Positions 11,917 to 24,191 of a DNA stretch of 64,000 nt are shown one piece after another. Source of the stretch: Selaginella moellendorffii (lineage: Eukaryota; Plantae; Lycopodiophyta); assembly GCF_000143415.4 (NCBI RefSeq), contig NW_003314316.1, positions 812,669 through 876,668 of the forward strand. Direction: 5' to 3'. Numbering within the stretch: the first letter of the stretch is position 1; each line of letters begins with the position of its first letter. The notes under the pieces were generated by a model, which saw only the letters and a program-made list of their open reading frames with translations, did no database searches and was not told the origin of the DNA. The position numbers were made by a program, and so were the translations under genes.

Positions 11917-14024
11917 CTAACACGCTCCATTGGATGTAGCTTGCGGGAGTCTGTCGTAAAAGCGTCGATACAAATCGTCTACCTGAGTGAGGTAGAAAGT
12001 TCCCGGCCGGAGTCTAGCCAAGTCACTCACGGGAGTGAAGCCTTTGGCACCGTAGCGCGTCTCCATAAGCTCCATCGTGTGGACAAAGTCCTCTGGGGAG
12101 ACCTGTGAATATATACACATGTAAGCATAAGCTTGGAGAAATGGTAAGCTACCTGGACACGGGATTCCAAGCTGCTTGATACTTCCATGCGCTTGGCGAT
12201 GTTGGCGACTCTGAACAAGCCATCGCCCTGGCGAACGTGGATCGTGAACAGACTTGACGCAAGGCCGCTGCCGTAAGAAAACATCAAAATGGTGTTGCCC
12301 AGCTGTTGTGTCAAACACGGAAGCCTGTGAGGTGACGAGACAAAGAGCAAAACGATTGCTTGCGTACCAGTTCCTCGGCTTTGTTGTGGATGAGTGACGC
12401 AAGCGCTGCGTACAAGGCCGCGCAATACATGTTGCCAACTTGTTTAGGAATCAAAGTCGATGGGACAACCTTGAGGTTGTAATCTGGCTTTGCTATATCT
12501 TGCGTTGCCTGGCAGAAAAGAAACAGAATAAGTTTGGGCCATGAAGGGGGGAATCTCTTGCCTTTTCTAGATCTTTGTTCGTGTAGCTTTCATCCTCGGA
12601 AATATTAGCGAATGGCTTTAACTTCTCGTCCTCGGGCCTACAAGGAAAACTTCCGTTAGACTTTTCCACTCTTCCACGACGGGAAAGCAGCTGACCTTGT
12701 CTTTCGTTGGATATCGTTGTACACAAGCCGTGCAAAGCTTTTCTGCACAAGCTGCGTACACAAACAAGGAAACAACACGTCAAAACAATCCCTGAGGGAA
12801 GACCGAGACTACTAAGTACTGACCTTATTGTAAGGAGAGTGAAAGACGGCATAGTTGACATCTTGAAGAGAGAATGGCTTTCCGTCGGCCTTTTCATACC
12901 TGGAAACAGGGAGCTGGATCAACTACCTGATTAGTAAAGCTCAAGTACATACTTTTGGCAGTAACGATTGTAGCACAAGTCCAAAGCCATCAGGTAGCAC
13001 TTCTGCGAGAGCCTGCCGTCGAGGACCTGGTCACGCATGAAGACAAGTTAACAAACTCAGCTTTAAAATAAGTCTACAACTCAAACTACCGGATATTCAC
13101 TGCTTAGATTTGGCTTGTAGAAGTCGTATGTGTGAGACATATGTGTTCCCATGTATTTGCGGTCAATCACGAAAGGAGCATTCGGGCCGATCAGCATGGC
13201 GACAGCACCAGCTCCACCGCTGGGTCTGGCAGGGCCTTCAGCGTAAACCTGTAAAGTATGAAAGAACACAATCAAATCAAAACATAGATTCTCGTGGCAG
13301 AAACGAGATACTCACTGCACTGTCCGCTGCGACCACCAGACCATACCGCCCATCCCAGCCACTGCTCTCCACCCAGTTGAGACAATTGATTAGAGCGGCA
13401 GTGCCTCCATAGCACGCATTGCTGGAATCCACGCCTTGAATGTCAGAGTTTCCAGACTCCTGTAATAAGAAAAAGAAACATGACAAGGAAAAGTTAGCCT
13501 TGTGTTCTTTCTCGCTCGAGCAACGATCGAGCTCGTCGTACCTCAAAAAGACGCATCAACCACGTTTTGATCGACTTGCTCTTGTCGATGACGGTCTCGC
13601 TTCCCACCTCAAGGCGGCCAACTTTCTCGGGCGCGATACTGTACTTCTCGAGGAGATTCTTCACCACTGTCAAGCTGGGGGACAAAAGAAGGGGGAAATT
13701 ATTTTCTCACTGGCGAGATCAAGAGAATATAGATCGATCCGCGGCCCCCGATGCTCAGCTCAGCTCACCTCATCGATATTACATCCTCCACATCCGTGCA
13801 GAAGGCCAAGCGCTCCTGGCCGAGCCCCGCGGTGTATTTCCCGGCGCTCACCCCGTCGTGCTTCTCCAGTTCGTCCTGCCAAGAATTCCATCGATCCAGC
13901 TCATTCCAATCTCGGCATTGCGACGGCAGCTAGCGATAGATCTGATCCATACCTGGCGCACGCAGCTGGGTGGGAAGTAGACCTCCAGCGCCAAGATTCC
14001 AACATCGCCGGGGCACCCTGCCAT
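11917..14024 (-). CDS. HMGS: 3-hydroxy-3-methylglutaryl-CoA synthase
   Basis: [41 protein letters not shown] (catalytic Cys), [20 protein letters not shown]. Confidence 0.97.
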
Positions 14025-15828
14025 GGCCGCGGAGCTCTCCCCACGAAGAAAAAATGTGGTGCGTTCTAAAAAAATTAAAGCTCTATTTATAAAAGCCCTA
14101 ACTAAAATCCCCATCCGCCGTCCACGTGTCAGGTTCTCATCGTGTGGCTGAGGTTTGCTCCTGGGTCGCATGGAATTTCTTGCTCGTTTGGTGATCGGTA
14201 GTTTTCTAGCCAAATTTCTCCACCGCGCTGGTCTTTTGCCGAGATCTCGCCTCTGCGCTGACATAATCTCGACAATTAGCGTCGAATTTCGATGCGAATT
14301 CCACGGCGCTACATTCTAAAGGTATGGATTCTTCTTTAGACTTGATTCGATTAGGAAACCACCACTAGCGCTTGCGATTAAAATAAGCTCTGGGTGTCTT
14401 CCAGGCGCCTGAAAGGATATGCGGAAAACCATAGCTTTTCGCTCCAAAGGGTATTGTTTTTGATGATTTGGATTCTCTCGTCACAGAAAAATTCTAATGC
14501 CTGCCTTGCAGCTTTGGACGGTCCTTTTAAACAATGCAAACGTGCCTCGAGGGAGGAGAATCCAGAAAAAAATCTGGGGACTGACTCGTTCCTCCGAATA
14601 GAAATCCCGTGATTCACAAGGTGGAAGCTGGCCAATTGCTTTCGTTTCATAGTCTAAAAAACAGGTTTTCCACCACCATGAGATCAACATGATCGATCGA
14701 TCGCTCCGAGACAAGTTTCTTACGTCCACGAAGTGATCTTGGTCCTGAGATTTTTCGCCCAACAGTGATCGATTAAAGCGGTGATTGGATCCACTAGCCC
14801 GCTCTTTGAATCGCAGCTTAATGATCGTCCCTTTCATCCATTTCGTGCCGCGCTAGTCCCCACCAAGATCAAAAAATACACGAAAAAACTCCATTCTTGG
14901 TCTTGGCAGCACGTTAAGGACGAGAAAAAGTATAGTTTCGTGCCGGGCGACTGGGATCATTTTAAGTGAAATGGACGGACTGGATGCACAGGTGGATGAG
15001 TGGCATCAATCACGGAATATTACTGGTATTCAATTTGGAAGCTTCGCAAACATTTCATTTAGTTTTTTTTGAGTGGTCAGAATCCCGAGTGTGTTTGTTG
15101 CGTTGCTCTTGTCGCTCTCTACGAGAATCTAAGTCCCAAAAGCCATATAAGTAAAAACTCGATCTTACCAAAGTAAAAGTCTCATTTCTCCGCTGGATAA
15201 TTAGATGAATATTCTTTTCAGCAAGCATCTTAGATCAAACTTATATGCGTGCCTTAAGGCGTCATTCGGGGTTGCTTTAGCTTAAATCGCAAATGGGGGG
15301 CGAATCTTAAGGAATAATCCAGCGCCCATTGCCTCGAGATTCGGTGTGCCGGGGAAGGGATTCGATCGCGTGACTTGGGCAGCCGTTTGGGCCCCATTTT
15401 ACTAACCCACATTCACACGCATCCTCATTTTGGAGTAAAAATAAAAGGGCTGGAATGACAAATTGAGCTTGCCCTTTTTGTCGTCAAATGGGCGAAAAGG
15501 ATATTATTAGGGCTGTGCCCTGACACGTCAGAAATGTTGACGGTTTGATCTACGGCGAACAGGGAGCGAATCGTATGTCCGCAGTTGGCGAGATTTGAGC
15601 CGTCCGATGCACACGTATGATCTTCTGCCACGTGGCTGTTTTGGTTTTTTTTCGCGGCTTACCGCGGGTTAAATGACGTGTTAAAAGAGGGCGCATTGGA
15701 TACGACAAATCGACGGTGCAGAGAATTTACCTACCTTCACGTGAAGGTTACGAGGGTTTTCTTCTTCTACTATGATTGATAGAAGCGGGAGGAGGGAAGA
15801 ACAGGGAGAGAAAGAGAGAGAGAGAGCT

Positions 15829-15855
15829 ATGGCGATGGCGATGATGAGCGAATGA
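15829..15855 (+). promoter_or_regulatory. Short upstream ORF (MAMAMMSE*) in the presumed 5' leader of the MEI2-like gene
   Basis: ATGGCGATGGCGATGATGAGCGAATGA follows a GA-rich tract and precedes a CAG|GTAAG donor at ~15879. Confidence 0.5.
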
Positions 15856-16234
15856 CAAGAGCTAGCGCTCTCCCTCAGGTAAGGCGCTAGCTAGGTGATG
15901 CATTCCTGGAGGCGCTGAGGATCAGGTTATCCAGCTCCGCGAGATTATCTGTTGCGCGCTGCCGGATCAGATTTTTCGCAGCTCTGATTTGCCGCAAGAA
16001 GCCACAAATTTGTCCGGGATTCTGGAAATTTCGAGGGATTTCGTCCTGATCCTAGGAATTGGAGGCGAGAGCCGTGATGAGCTACATTTCCTGGCACCGC
16101 ATTGCCCAGCTGCTGTGAAATTGGGGGAGCTTGGCTGGGCGGCCATGGCGCACGACGACTTGTTCGTGGCGAAGCCATTCCGGGGATAGGAGGACATTTT
16201 CTGGGATGGCCTAACGCGGGCAAGGGGCTAGAAC

Positions 16235-19200
16235 ATGACGGAGTCCGCTGGAGTTCAAGTGGTTCAAGGCCGTCTAGGATCACTCTCTCTACATGGAAAT
16301 GGAAGCCCTGGATCGACCCTCTTCTTCAACGAGACGAGCTATTTGCCACACGAGGTTGGGACTTTCCCTCTATATTCCGTTGCGTGTTTGTTCTAACTTT
16401 CGTTTTGGTCATATGATTGTATCTAAGCAGATTGATTGGTCTTACGTGAACCACCAAGAATGGGAACCTCGCTCATTCCAAAAGTCCCACACGGATGAAT
16501 GGGTTCCACCGGCATCAACGACGACGCCTTGGAGTAGGAATGGTTTTAGTCCAGCGATGGCTTCCTCGCAGCTCAAAGGAGTGGCCGGGGAGTGCCTCGA
16601 CGTGAGCAACGATTCGAGCCTGTTTTCGAGCTCCCTCCCGTCCTTGGTAAAAGCCAAATGTTAGTACTTCTCTCCATTGGCTGCGCTTTCAAACTTCTGA
16701 CCGAACTTATCTTTGCTACAGTGACGATGTCAGAAAGTGATGTTGATCATTCACTTGGCGCTGAGGACGAAATTTTTGGGTCTCTCGAGGAGATGGAATC
16801 GCAAACTATTGGCAGGCTTCTTCCCGATGACGAGGAGGAGCTGCTGGCTGGAATCGCTGACGAACTTGACGTTGTACCATATAGTGCTGAGGACTTTGAA
16901 GATTACGATTTATTCAGTAGCGGGGGAGGACTTGAGATGGAAGGGGACTCGCATGAAAGCCTTCACTCTGGATCAGCTCATGGTACGATAGCTGGAGAGC
17001 ACCCCTATGGAGAACACCCCTCTCGAACTCTTTTTGTGCGAAATATCAACAGCAACGTTGAAGATAGCGAGCTCCGAGAACTTTTTGAGGTACTCGTGGT
17101 CCACCTTTGCATGGCGCCATTGACAACGTTCTATACGTTTCACAGATTTACGGGGACATTCGTACGTTATACACCGCTTGCAAACATCGTGGATTTGTAA
17201 TGATTTCCTACTATGATATACGATCTGCTAGAACTGCTATGCGTGTACTTCAAGGCAGGCTACTTCGGCGACGCAAGCTGGATATTCATTTTAGCATTCC
17301 AAAGGTTTGCTTGGTTTTCATATGCATAAGTCCGATTTGCGCTTCTCACTCACAGAGGTCGCTCGTTTACCAGGACAATCCCTCCGACAAGGATATCAAC
17401 CAAGGCACCCTTGTCGTCTTCAATCTTGATGCATCAGTCTCTGGTGAAGATCTTCGTAAAATATTTGGCCAGTATGGCGAAGTTAAGGAGGTAGATCTAG
17501 TAGCACATTCTGTTTCACGGGTGGAAGTCTCATATAACTGTTTTTCTGTCTCCAGATACGTGAAACACCTCACAAGAAGCACCACAAATTTATTGAATTC
17601 TACGACGTACGAGCCGCCGAGGCTGCACTGCGGGCATTGAATAGAAGCGATATTGCAGGGAAACGCATCAAACTGGAACCTAGCCGTCCCGGTGGTGTCC
17701 GAAGAAGGTTTGCGTTTGTGGTTTATAAATGGTTAACCTGTTCTACATGTAGCTCTTGTATTGGCAGTTTGATTCCTCGGCTTGGTCAAGAATTTGATCC
17801 TGAAGACGGATACCATTCACCATTGGCTTGGACGAACTCTCCTCCAGGTGAAGATGTTCCGTCACGATAGTTTCACCATTGACAGTGCTTAATTTGCAGC
17901 TGACTGGGGGACCATAAACGACACGCATGACTCTGACACAACATTTATCTCACCTAAGCCCCTGAGCTACAGGCCTTTCTCCCCAAAAGTCACGTCACAG
18001 GACGTATCTCCTCCTGTCAGAATAGGAATGGTTGACAACAGTCACGTTGTGCAGAACACAATGAGAAACCATCTGCTGGAACAGCAAGGACTTGGACAGC
18101 ATCACCCCCACTCCTTGCCAGAGTTTAGCAGCGGTCTGTATAGAAATGAACTCTTCAGCAGCTCCACAGCGGGCTTTTCAACAGTGGCTGCCCCTTTGAG
18201 GCCGATTGAAGGCTTTGAGACGAGGACGCTTTCTAGGACTACGAGTACCTTAAATGACAGCTCCACAACCTATGCAGGTACTTGATCGTCAAACTATAGC
18301 CAACTACTAAATCTTCTATTTTCTTTTTTGCAGTACACGCTACTGGTGTAGCATCCTCTCTTCAAAGATCTTCCAGCCTAAGCATCTCTCTGACCAGCCA
18401 GCCTATGATCTGGGGTTCTGGCAGTGGAGGGGCTTACAGTCAAGGTACTACTGCGAAAAGCTCGTCACCTTTAATGTGGCAGAGCCTATCGCCCGGCCAT
18501 CCATACAGTCAACGCTCCGCGGATGCGCATACTAATTTGTACAATTCAGCCTTCTCTCCACATAGTCACCAGCTTGGTTCATATTCTCGCGATCATTCTT
18601 TAGGGGACCGGCACCACAGTTATCTCCGAGAATCGCCAGAGATTTCGTCTTATCTCCAGTCGGGCTCCGTCAAAAGTCCAAACATTGGGAGCCTAGAGCA
18701 CCACGGTCCTTCGTCTCCAAACTTTGGTATGTTCCTGCCTCAACGGCTGTTTGGAAACTGCGGCTCTCCATTAGACGACCGACGCAACAGAAGAATGGAC
18801 AGCACTCCCGCTCAAGTGGACAACCGGAAGCAGTTTCAGCTGGATTTGGATCGTATTGTTGCTGGGGAGGACACTCGAACGACGCTGATGATTAAGAACA
18901 TACCAAACAAGTATGCGACTGTTCCTCTTTTCTTTCTGTTTTTTTATATCTGCACTGGGAGCTAAGTTTTGTTCTTTTTCTCTAGATACACTTCGAAGAT
19001 GTTACTGGCCGCGATTGACGAGCAGCACCGTGGAACGTATGATTTCATATACTTGCCCATTGATTTTAAGGTAAGCGAGTTTTCAGAAGGGGTTGTGCGA
19101 ACCACATCTAACCAGAGGCTTCAACAGAATAAGTGTAACGTCGGATACGCATTTATCAATATGCTGTCGCCTTCCTTGATCGTGTCCTTCTACCAGGTTC

Positions 19201-19723
19201 TCTGTGAAAAAGAGAGAGGAGATTTTCCTACGACTTGGTTCTAAAACTTGTCATTCTTTGTTTTCACAGACGTTCAATGGCAAGAAATGGGAGAAGTTTA
19301 ACAGCGAGAAGGTGGCATCGCTCGCGTACGCGCGGATCCAAGGCAAGGCCGCGCTGATCGCGCACTTCCAGAACTCGAGCCTCATGAACGAAGACAAGCG
19401 ATGCCGGCCGATAATCTTCCACTCGGACGGACCAAACGCAGGTGACCAGGTATCATTTCCTTGAGTGATTGATCCATTCATATCACACGCAAAAGGAAAT
19501 TAGCTCGAAACTCTCAAACTCTTCTAAATCTATCGCACAGGAGGCATTCCCGATTGGTGACAACGTCCGGAGTGGTCGATCTTCTGGACGGCTTGGAAAC
19601 CAAGCGGTGGAAGGCTTCTTCGCGAGACCCGGCGAGTTCTTGGGAGGAGAAGGTGTTGGCGATGGTAGCGACGAAGCGTTCCTCTCGCTGGAGACGCTCA
19701 ACATCTCATCGCCAGGGAATTGA
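16235..19723 (+). CDS. AML: MEI2-like (AML) RNA-binding protein with three RRMs
   Basis: SLFSSSLPS, YDLFSSGGGLEME, GEHPYGEHPSRTLFVRNINSNVED, DNPSDKDINQGTLVVFN, DTRTTLMIKNIPNKYT, WEKFNSEKVASLAYARIQG. The start exon (MTESAG...LPHE) is inferred. Confidence 0.95.
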
Positions 19724-20175
19724 CCATGTAAGTTTTCCTTTTTGGTAACCAACGCTACTATGGCTCCAGAGCTGCTACTACTACCAGAGACTAGAGAGAT
19801 CCTCTCTTCCAAGCGTGTATATAGCTTCAAAGGAAGTGATCCATGATAGAAGACAATGAAGAGAGACTGGATTGGATGTAAATAAAGTAAAATATGAATT
19901 TGCTTTGCTTTGTGGTTATTTAAGATTTTCTTACTACGTGCCAGTGATTTTTACTACGTGGCGAGGGCTCTTGGTTCGATTCGTGTCAGCACCAGTTCTT
20001 CTGGAGAAATCCAGATGGCTTCCATCCACTTTGGCGCTGAGCGCTACCCTCTCTCCTCTCTTTCTCTTTCTTGCAGCTCGATTCTTCTCTTCCAGGTTCG
20101 TAGCTCGCTCGCATTTCCAATCGATCGCGCTGCCGCATTGTAATCGATCTCTCTTGTCTAGGTTTTCTTGCGGCG

Positions 20176-22280
20176 ATGGCGTGCCTGGCCGTGGACAATG
20201 CGTGGTGCCATCGGTTCGAGGCCTCCATCCCCGAAGCTCGGAGCGATTTGAGCTCTCGGATTGCGTTTCCAGCGTCGCGCCAGAGGAGATTCCTCAAGGT
20301 AAGATCACGAAATTTTAGGCGCGCAAAGAGAGATAGATCCAGTCAGTCGATTCTAACGCATTGGAAGGATGAATGCAGTGTCGCAGTCGACCACGTCGAT
20401 CACAGTGGCTTCTCAAGGCCTCCGGGTCGGACGATAAGTCAAATTCCACTCCCAGTGGCACCAAGACTGCTGACAAGGAGGAAGAGAAAGCTTCGGATTC
20501 GCAAGAAAAGCAGGAGGAGCAGCCACAGGAGATCAAGCAAGAGATTGATTGGAAACAAGACGAGGATTTCAAGAAGTTCATGGGAAATCCTTCCATCGAG
20601 GCAGCGTTGAAGCTGGAGAAGAAGAGAGCCGAGCAAAGACTCAAGGAGCTAAACAACGAGCAGGGTGGCAACGTTTTCACGGGCCTGATACAAAACATAT
20701 CACGAAGTATCGTCCAAAGAGAAAAGGATAGGCTGGAGCAAGTCGAGCAGAAATTCAAGGCACTGGATCTTGGCAAGGTATGCGTTCCTTTTTTTTTCTC
20801 TCTTTGGCAGTTCCTTGCTCTTAAATGTGACTTTGCAGTTGAAAAGCTGCTTTGGATACGATACATTCTATGCGACCGATGTTCGCCGCTTTGGAGACGG
20901 TGGAATTTACATTGGAAACTTGAGAAAGCCAATCGATGAAGTGATCCCAGTATTGAAAGAAAGGCTGGCCAATGCCGCTGGAAGGGAAGTGACGATCTGG
21001 TTCATGGAAGAGGAGGATCGGGAAGGCAACGACATAAAAAAACAAGTGAGATTTTCCTTTGGATTCGTGGTGTTCTTACTTGTTCGTGCCAAACTCGTGT
21101 TTGTGATCCAGGTTTGTGTCGTTCAGCCCAAGGAGGAAATCGACCTTCAATATGAGCTTTCTTCACTGAACAATGTTGCGGGGTACATCAGCGCTTTGCT
21201 CCTCGGAGTCACAACTCTGGGAACAATCTCGCTGACGAGTGGTTTTTTCTTGACACCAAACGCCACCTTTGACGATTATATCGCTCGAGTTCTACCTCTT
21301 TTTGGTGGATTTATCACCATTCTCGGTGTCTCAGAGGTACGATTTATTTGGGCTATGGACTTGCGTTCCTATAAAACGTTTTTTCTTCTTTTGTTTCACA
21401 GGCTGCTACACGGCTTACTGCGAACAAGTATGGCGTTCGTCTCAGCCCATCATTTTTAATTCCTTCGACATGGACTGGATGCCTCGGCGTTGTAAACAAC
21501 TACGAGTCCACACTTCCCAGCAAGAAAGCACTCTTCGACATTGCTGCTGCTAGAATAACCAGTGCCTACGTTACGTCTTTTCTTCTTGCTGCAATTGCGT
21601 TTTACCTCGATCAAAGCCTCAACGGTGGTGATAACGCTCTGTAAGTTTTCTTTCCTCTGCTCTTTTCTTTCTATCTTCCTCGGTTGATTGGATCTGGTGT
21701 ACAGGTATATAAGGCCGCAGTTCTTCTTCAATAATCCTCTACTCTCCTTCATCCAGTACGTGACTGGGCCTTACACCGACGAACTTGGAAACGTTCTTCC
21801 TCAAGCAGTGCCAGGTCTTGGTGTTCCGGTCGATCCATTAGCGTTTGCTGGCCTCCTTGGTAAGAAGATGAAATCTCTCGTTTATTCTCCAAAACTGAGA
21901 GAGAGAAAACACTTACAGGAATCGTGGTGACATCCATGAATCTCCTGCCCTGCGGGAGACTCGAAGGTGGCCGAATCGCCCAAGCTCTCTACGGCAGGAG
22001 AGTGGCAAACATTCTCTCTTTCTTCACATCTCTAGCTCTCGGGGTTGGAGGCGTCACTGGGAGCGTGCTAAGCTTGACGTGGGGTTTCGTGGCTACGTTT
22101 TTCCGCGGCGGGGAGGAGCTCCCGGCTGAGGATGAGATCACACCAGTTGGAACGAGCCGCTACATCTGGGGGTACGCTCTTGCAGTGTTTTGTTTGCTCA
22201 CGCTCTTTCCAAACAGCGCTGGAACTTTTCCCAGTGTTCTTTACACCCCACCATTCTTTAGGGGCGATGGTGGTTTCTAA
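20176..22280 (+). CDS. EGY3: EGY3-like chloroplast M50/S2P pseudo-metalloprotease
   Basis: Transit-peptide-like N-terminus; DWKQDEDFKKFMGNPSIEAALKLEKKR, CFGYDTFYATDVRRFGDGGI, NLLPCGRLEGGRIAQA. Confidence 0.92.
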
Positions 22281-22381
22281 GCTAAAAAACAAATTTTGAT
22301 TATTAAAAGCCATAAACCAGCACCATCTGCTATATTCTCTCAGATGGATTTGTATACCTCTAGAATTATATCTTTAGAAAC

Positions 22382-22557
22382 ATACAGTTCACATATGCAG
22401 TCTTTCTTCTTTGTGGGTGTGTCTCTTCATTACTTTCATGGTATTGGAGCAATTGCCTTGTGGCTAATGCCTAGGATCAAAGAGCCAATTGCTCTGATAC
22501 CAAGAGTAGGGGAGAGGGACTTACACAAGGAGGAAGAAGTGTGTATCTCAACTATAT
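22382..22557 (+). ncRNA. Candidate MIRNA/hairpin-RNA precursor; 3' arm antisense to the LTR-retrotransposon tRNA-iMet PBS (miR845-like)
   Basis: Arms 22382-22455 and 22486-22557 pair over 72 positions by hand count (51 Watson-Crick, 12 G.U, 9 mismatches, one 2-nt bulge). GCTCTGATACCA at 22491-22502 is the reverse complement of TGGTATCAGAGC. Confidence 0.65.
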
Positions 22558-22631
22558 ATGGCAATCAATCATATGATGCTTTCTATCAAGTTATATTGAA
22601 GCACATAGTCACGCTATATACCTTAACAGTA

Positions 22632-23148
22632 ATGCATGGCCTCCAACACTGGTCCTGCAGCCCAGAGCCGAGGAGGAGATGGCAGACGGTACGTAGTCTC
22701 CATGATCAATTCTATTTTGGTGTGAAGAAATTGAATGAAGCTTGATTTTTATGACTCAGAGGGAAGGAGCCACGACACGAAATGGCTCTTTCTTCTCAGG
22801 CAGTCTCTACTCCCATAGAAACTCTGCCTCTGCAGCGAGTTCTGATAGTGATCCCCACCTCAAACAATTCAAGGGCTTCCAGGATGTAAGTCCACTTTTG
22901 CACTTTATACACATCTTCCTGTAAGTTTGTCTCTTGTGTTCTTTCAACTTTGAGACGATCATTCACAATTGAATGCTTTTCTTACAGTGGTTTGATCGCC
23001 ACAAGAAAACTAGAAAGTTACAGAGCTTTGCAGTTTGCAGACCTAGTTGGGCTGTTTCTTGGAAAGTTTAAAGTTTGGAGCTTTTTTCTTTGAGTTCTTT
23101 TCACCGACCCATTGACTAAAACAAGTCTTTTTGGCAGTCAATGGTCGC
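22632..23148 (+). pseudogene. Deleted tandem copy of the downstream CHCH (twin Cx9C) gene, including introns and 3' flank
   Basis: Colinear similarity to 23605-24355, e.g. SDSDPHLKQFKGFQD vs GSDPCLKQFKAFQD, and a shared ttggaaagtttaaagtttgga. The start exon and the 3-Cys exon are missing. Confidence 0.85.
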
Positions 23149-23187
23149 TCCCGCATTCGAATCCCGTTTGTGTTTCTAAGTTGTTCC

Positions 23188-23318
23188 TGCTTTTCTTGCT
23201 CTTAAATGTGATTTGCAGTTGAAAAGCTGTGAAAAAGCCAATCGATGAAGTGCTTCCAACATTGAAAGAAAGGCTGGGTCTGGAAGAAAGGTGACGATTC
23301 TGGTTCATGGAACATAAA
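23188..23318 (+). pseudogene. Internally deleted fragment of EGY3 intron 2/exon 3
   Basis: ttgctcttaaatgtga-tttgcagttgaaaagctg...gccaatcgatgaagtg...ttgaaagaaaggctgg...tggttcatggaa matches 20815-21040. Confidence 0.85.
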
Positions 23319-23459
23319 AAAGAATCTTCCCTCAGTTCTTTAATAAAAGGCATATTCGCAATAGCGCATTTTCTTAAGACCAAAGCAAAAGGGGACTATA
23401 AATAGTGCCTGGTATGTTCCAGAAGCTTTCTTAGGGCTTTTTGTGTCAAGGAGAAAGCG

Positions 23460-24191
23460 ATGGCACGTAGCAGAGGCGGAGGCGGCAAGACTCGCACTTT
23501 CAAGGCGCCAGCAAAATCGGCGGCCAAGGCGCCCGCTCCAGGTATACAGTCAATCGCAACCGGGTTTGATCGCATCTCATCTCGATCTCCTTGAGCAGCT
23601 TACCATGCACCGCCTCCAGCACCGGTCCCGCAGCCCAGCGCCGGGGGCATAGGAGGAGGAATCGCGGCCACGATGGTAGACGGTACGTATCCCCAGATCG
23701 ATTCTACTTCAGTTTGTTTGTGAAGAGGATTGAAAGGAGGCTTGGACTTTTCGTTTGTTTTACCAGGACTTGTGTTTGGAGCCGGCAACGCTGTGGCTCA
23801 CCGGGCTGCAGACGCGATCATGGGTCCGCGTGTTGTGCAGCACGAAATGACGCCTTCTTCTCAGGCTGCCAGTACTCCCGCAGAAGCTCTGCCTCAGCCA
23901 ACAAGCTCTGGTAGTGATCCATGCCTCAAGCAATTCAAAGCGTTCCAGGATGTAAGTCTTACACATAATTCTCGTTTGCACTTTCATATTTTTATAAGAT
24001 CATCGTCTTTTCTTGTGTTTTAACAGTGCATTGCGGGCAATCCTGATGACATATCGAAGTGTCAGTTTTACATTGACATGCTGGGAGAATGCCGCAGGAC
24101 CGCTGGTTCAAGTAAGTCTGGTTCTTCCAAAAGTTCACAATTCAATGCTGTTCTTGCAGTGGTTCGATCGCCAGAGGGAGTGCCAAACTAG
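23460..24191 (+). CDS. CHCHD2/At12Cys-like mitochondrial twin Cx9C protein
   Basis: GLVFGAGNAVAHRAADAIMGPR and CLKQFKAFQDC...CQFYIDMLGEC (Cx9C twice); 5 exons. Confidence 0.9.

Noticed and set aside
14490-14510. TAATGCCTGC as part of a TPP riboswitch
   Set aside because: The other conserved elements (CTGAGA, GAACCTGA) are absent and no thiamine gene is adjacent.
14852-14872. CCACCAAGATC as a U24-like snoRNA guide to 25S rRNA
   Set aside because: No adjacent D box (CTGA) or properly placed C box.
20176-22280. M50 protease lacking HExxH
   Set aside because: Known property of EGY3.
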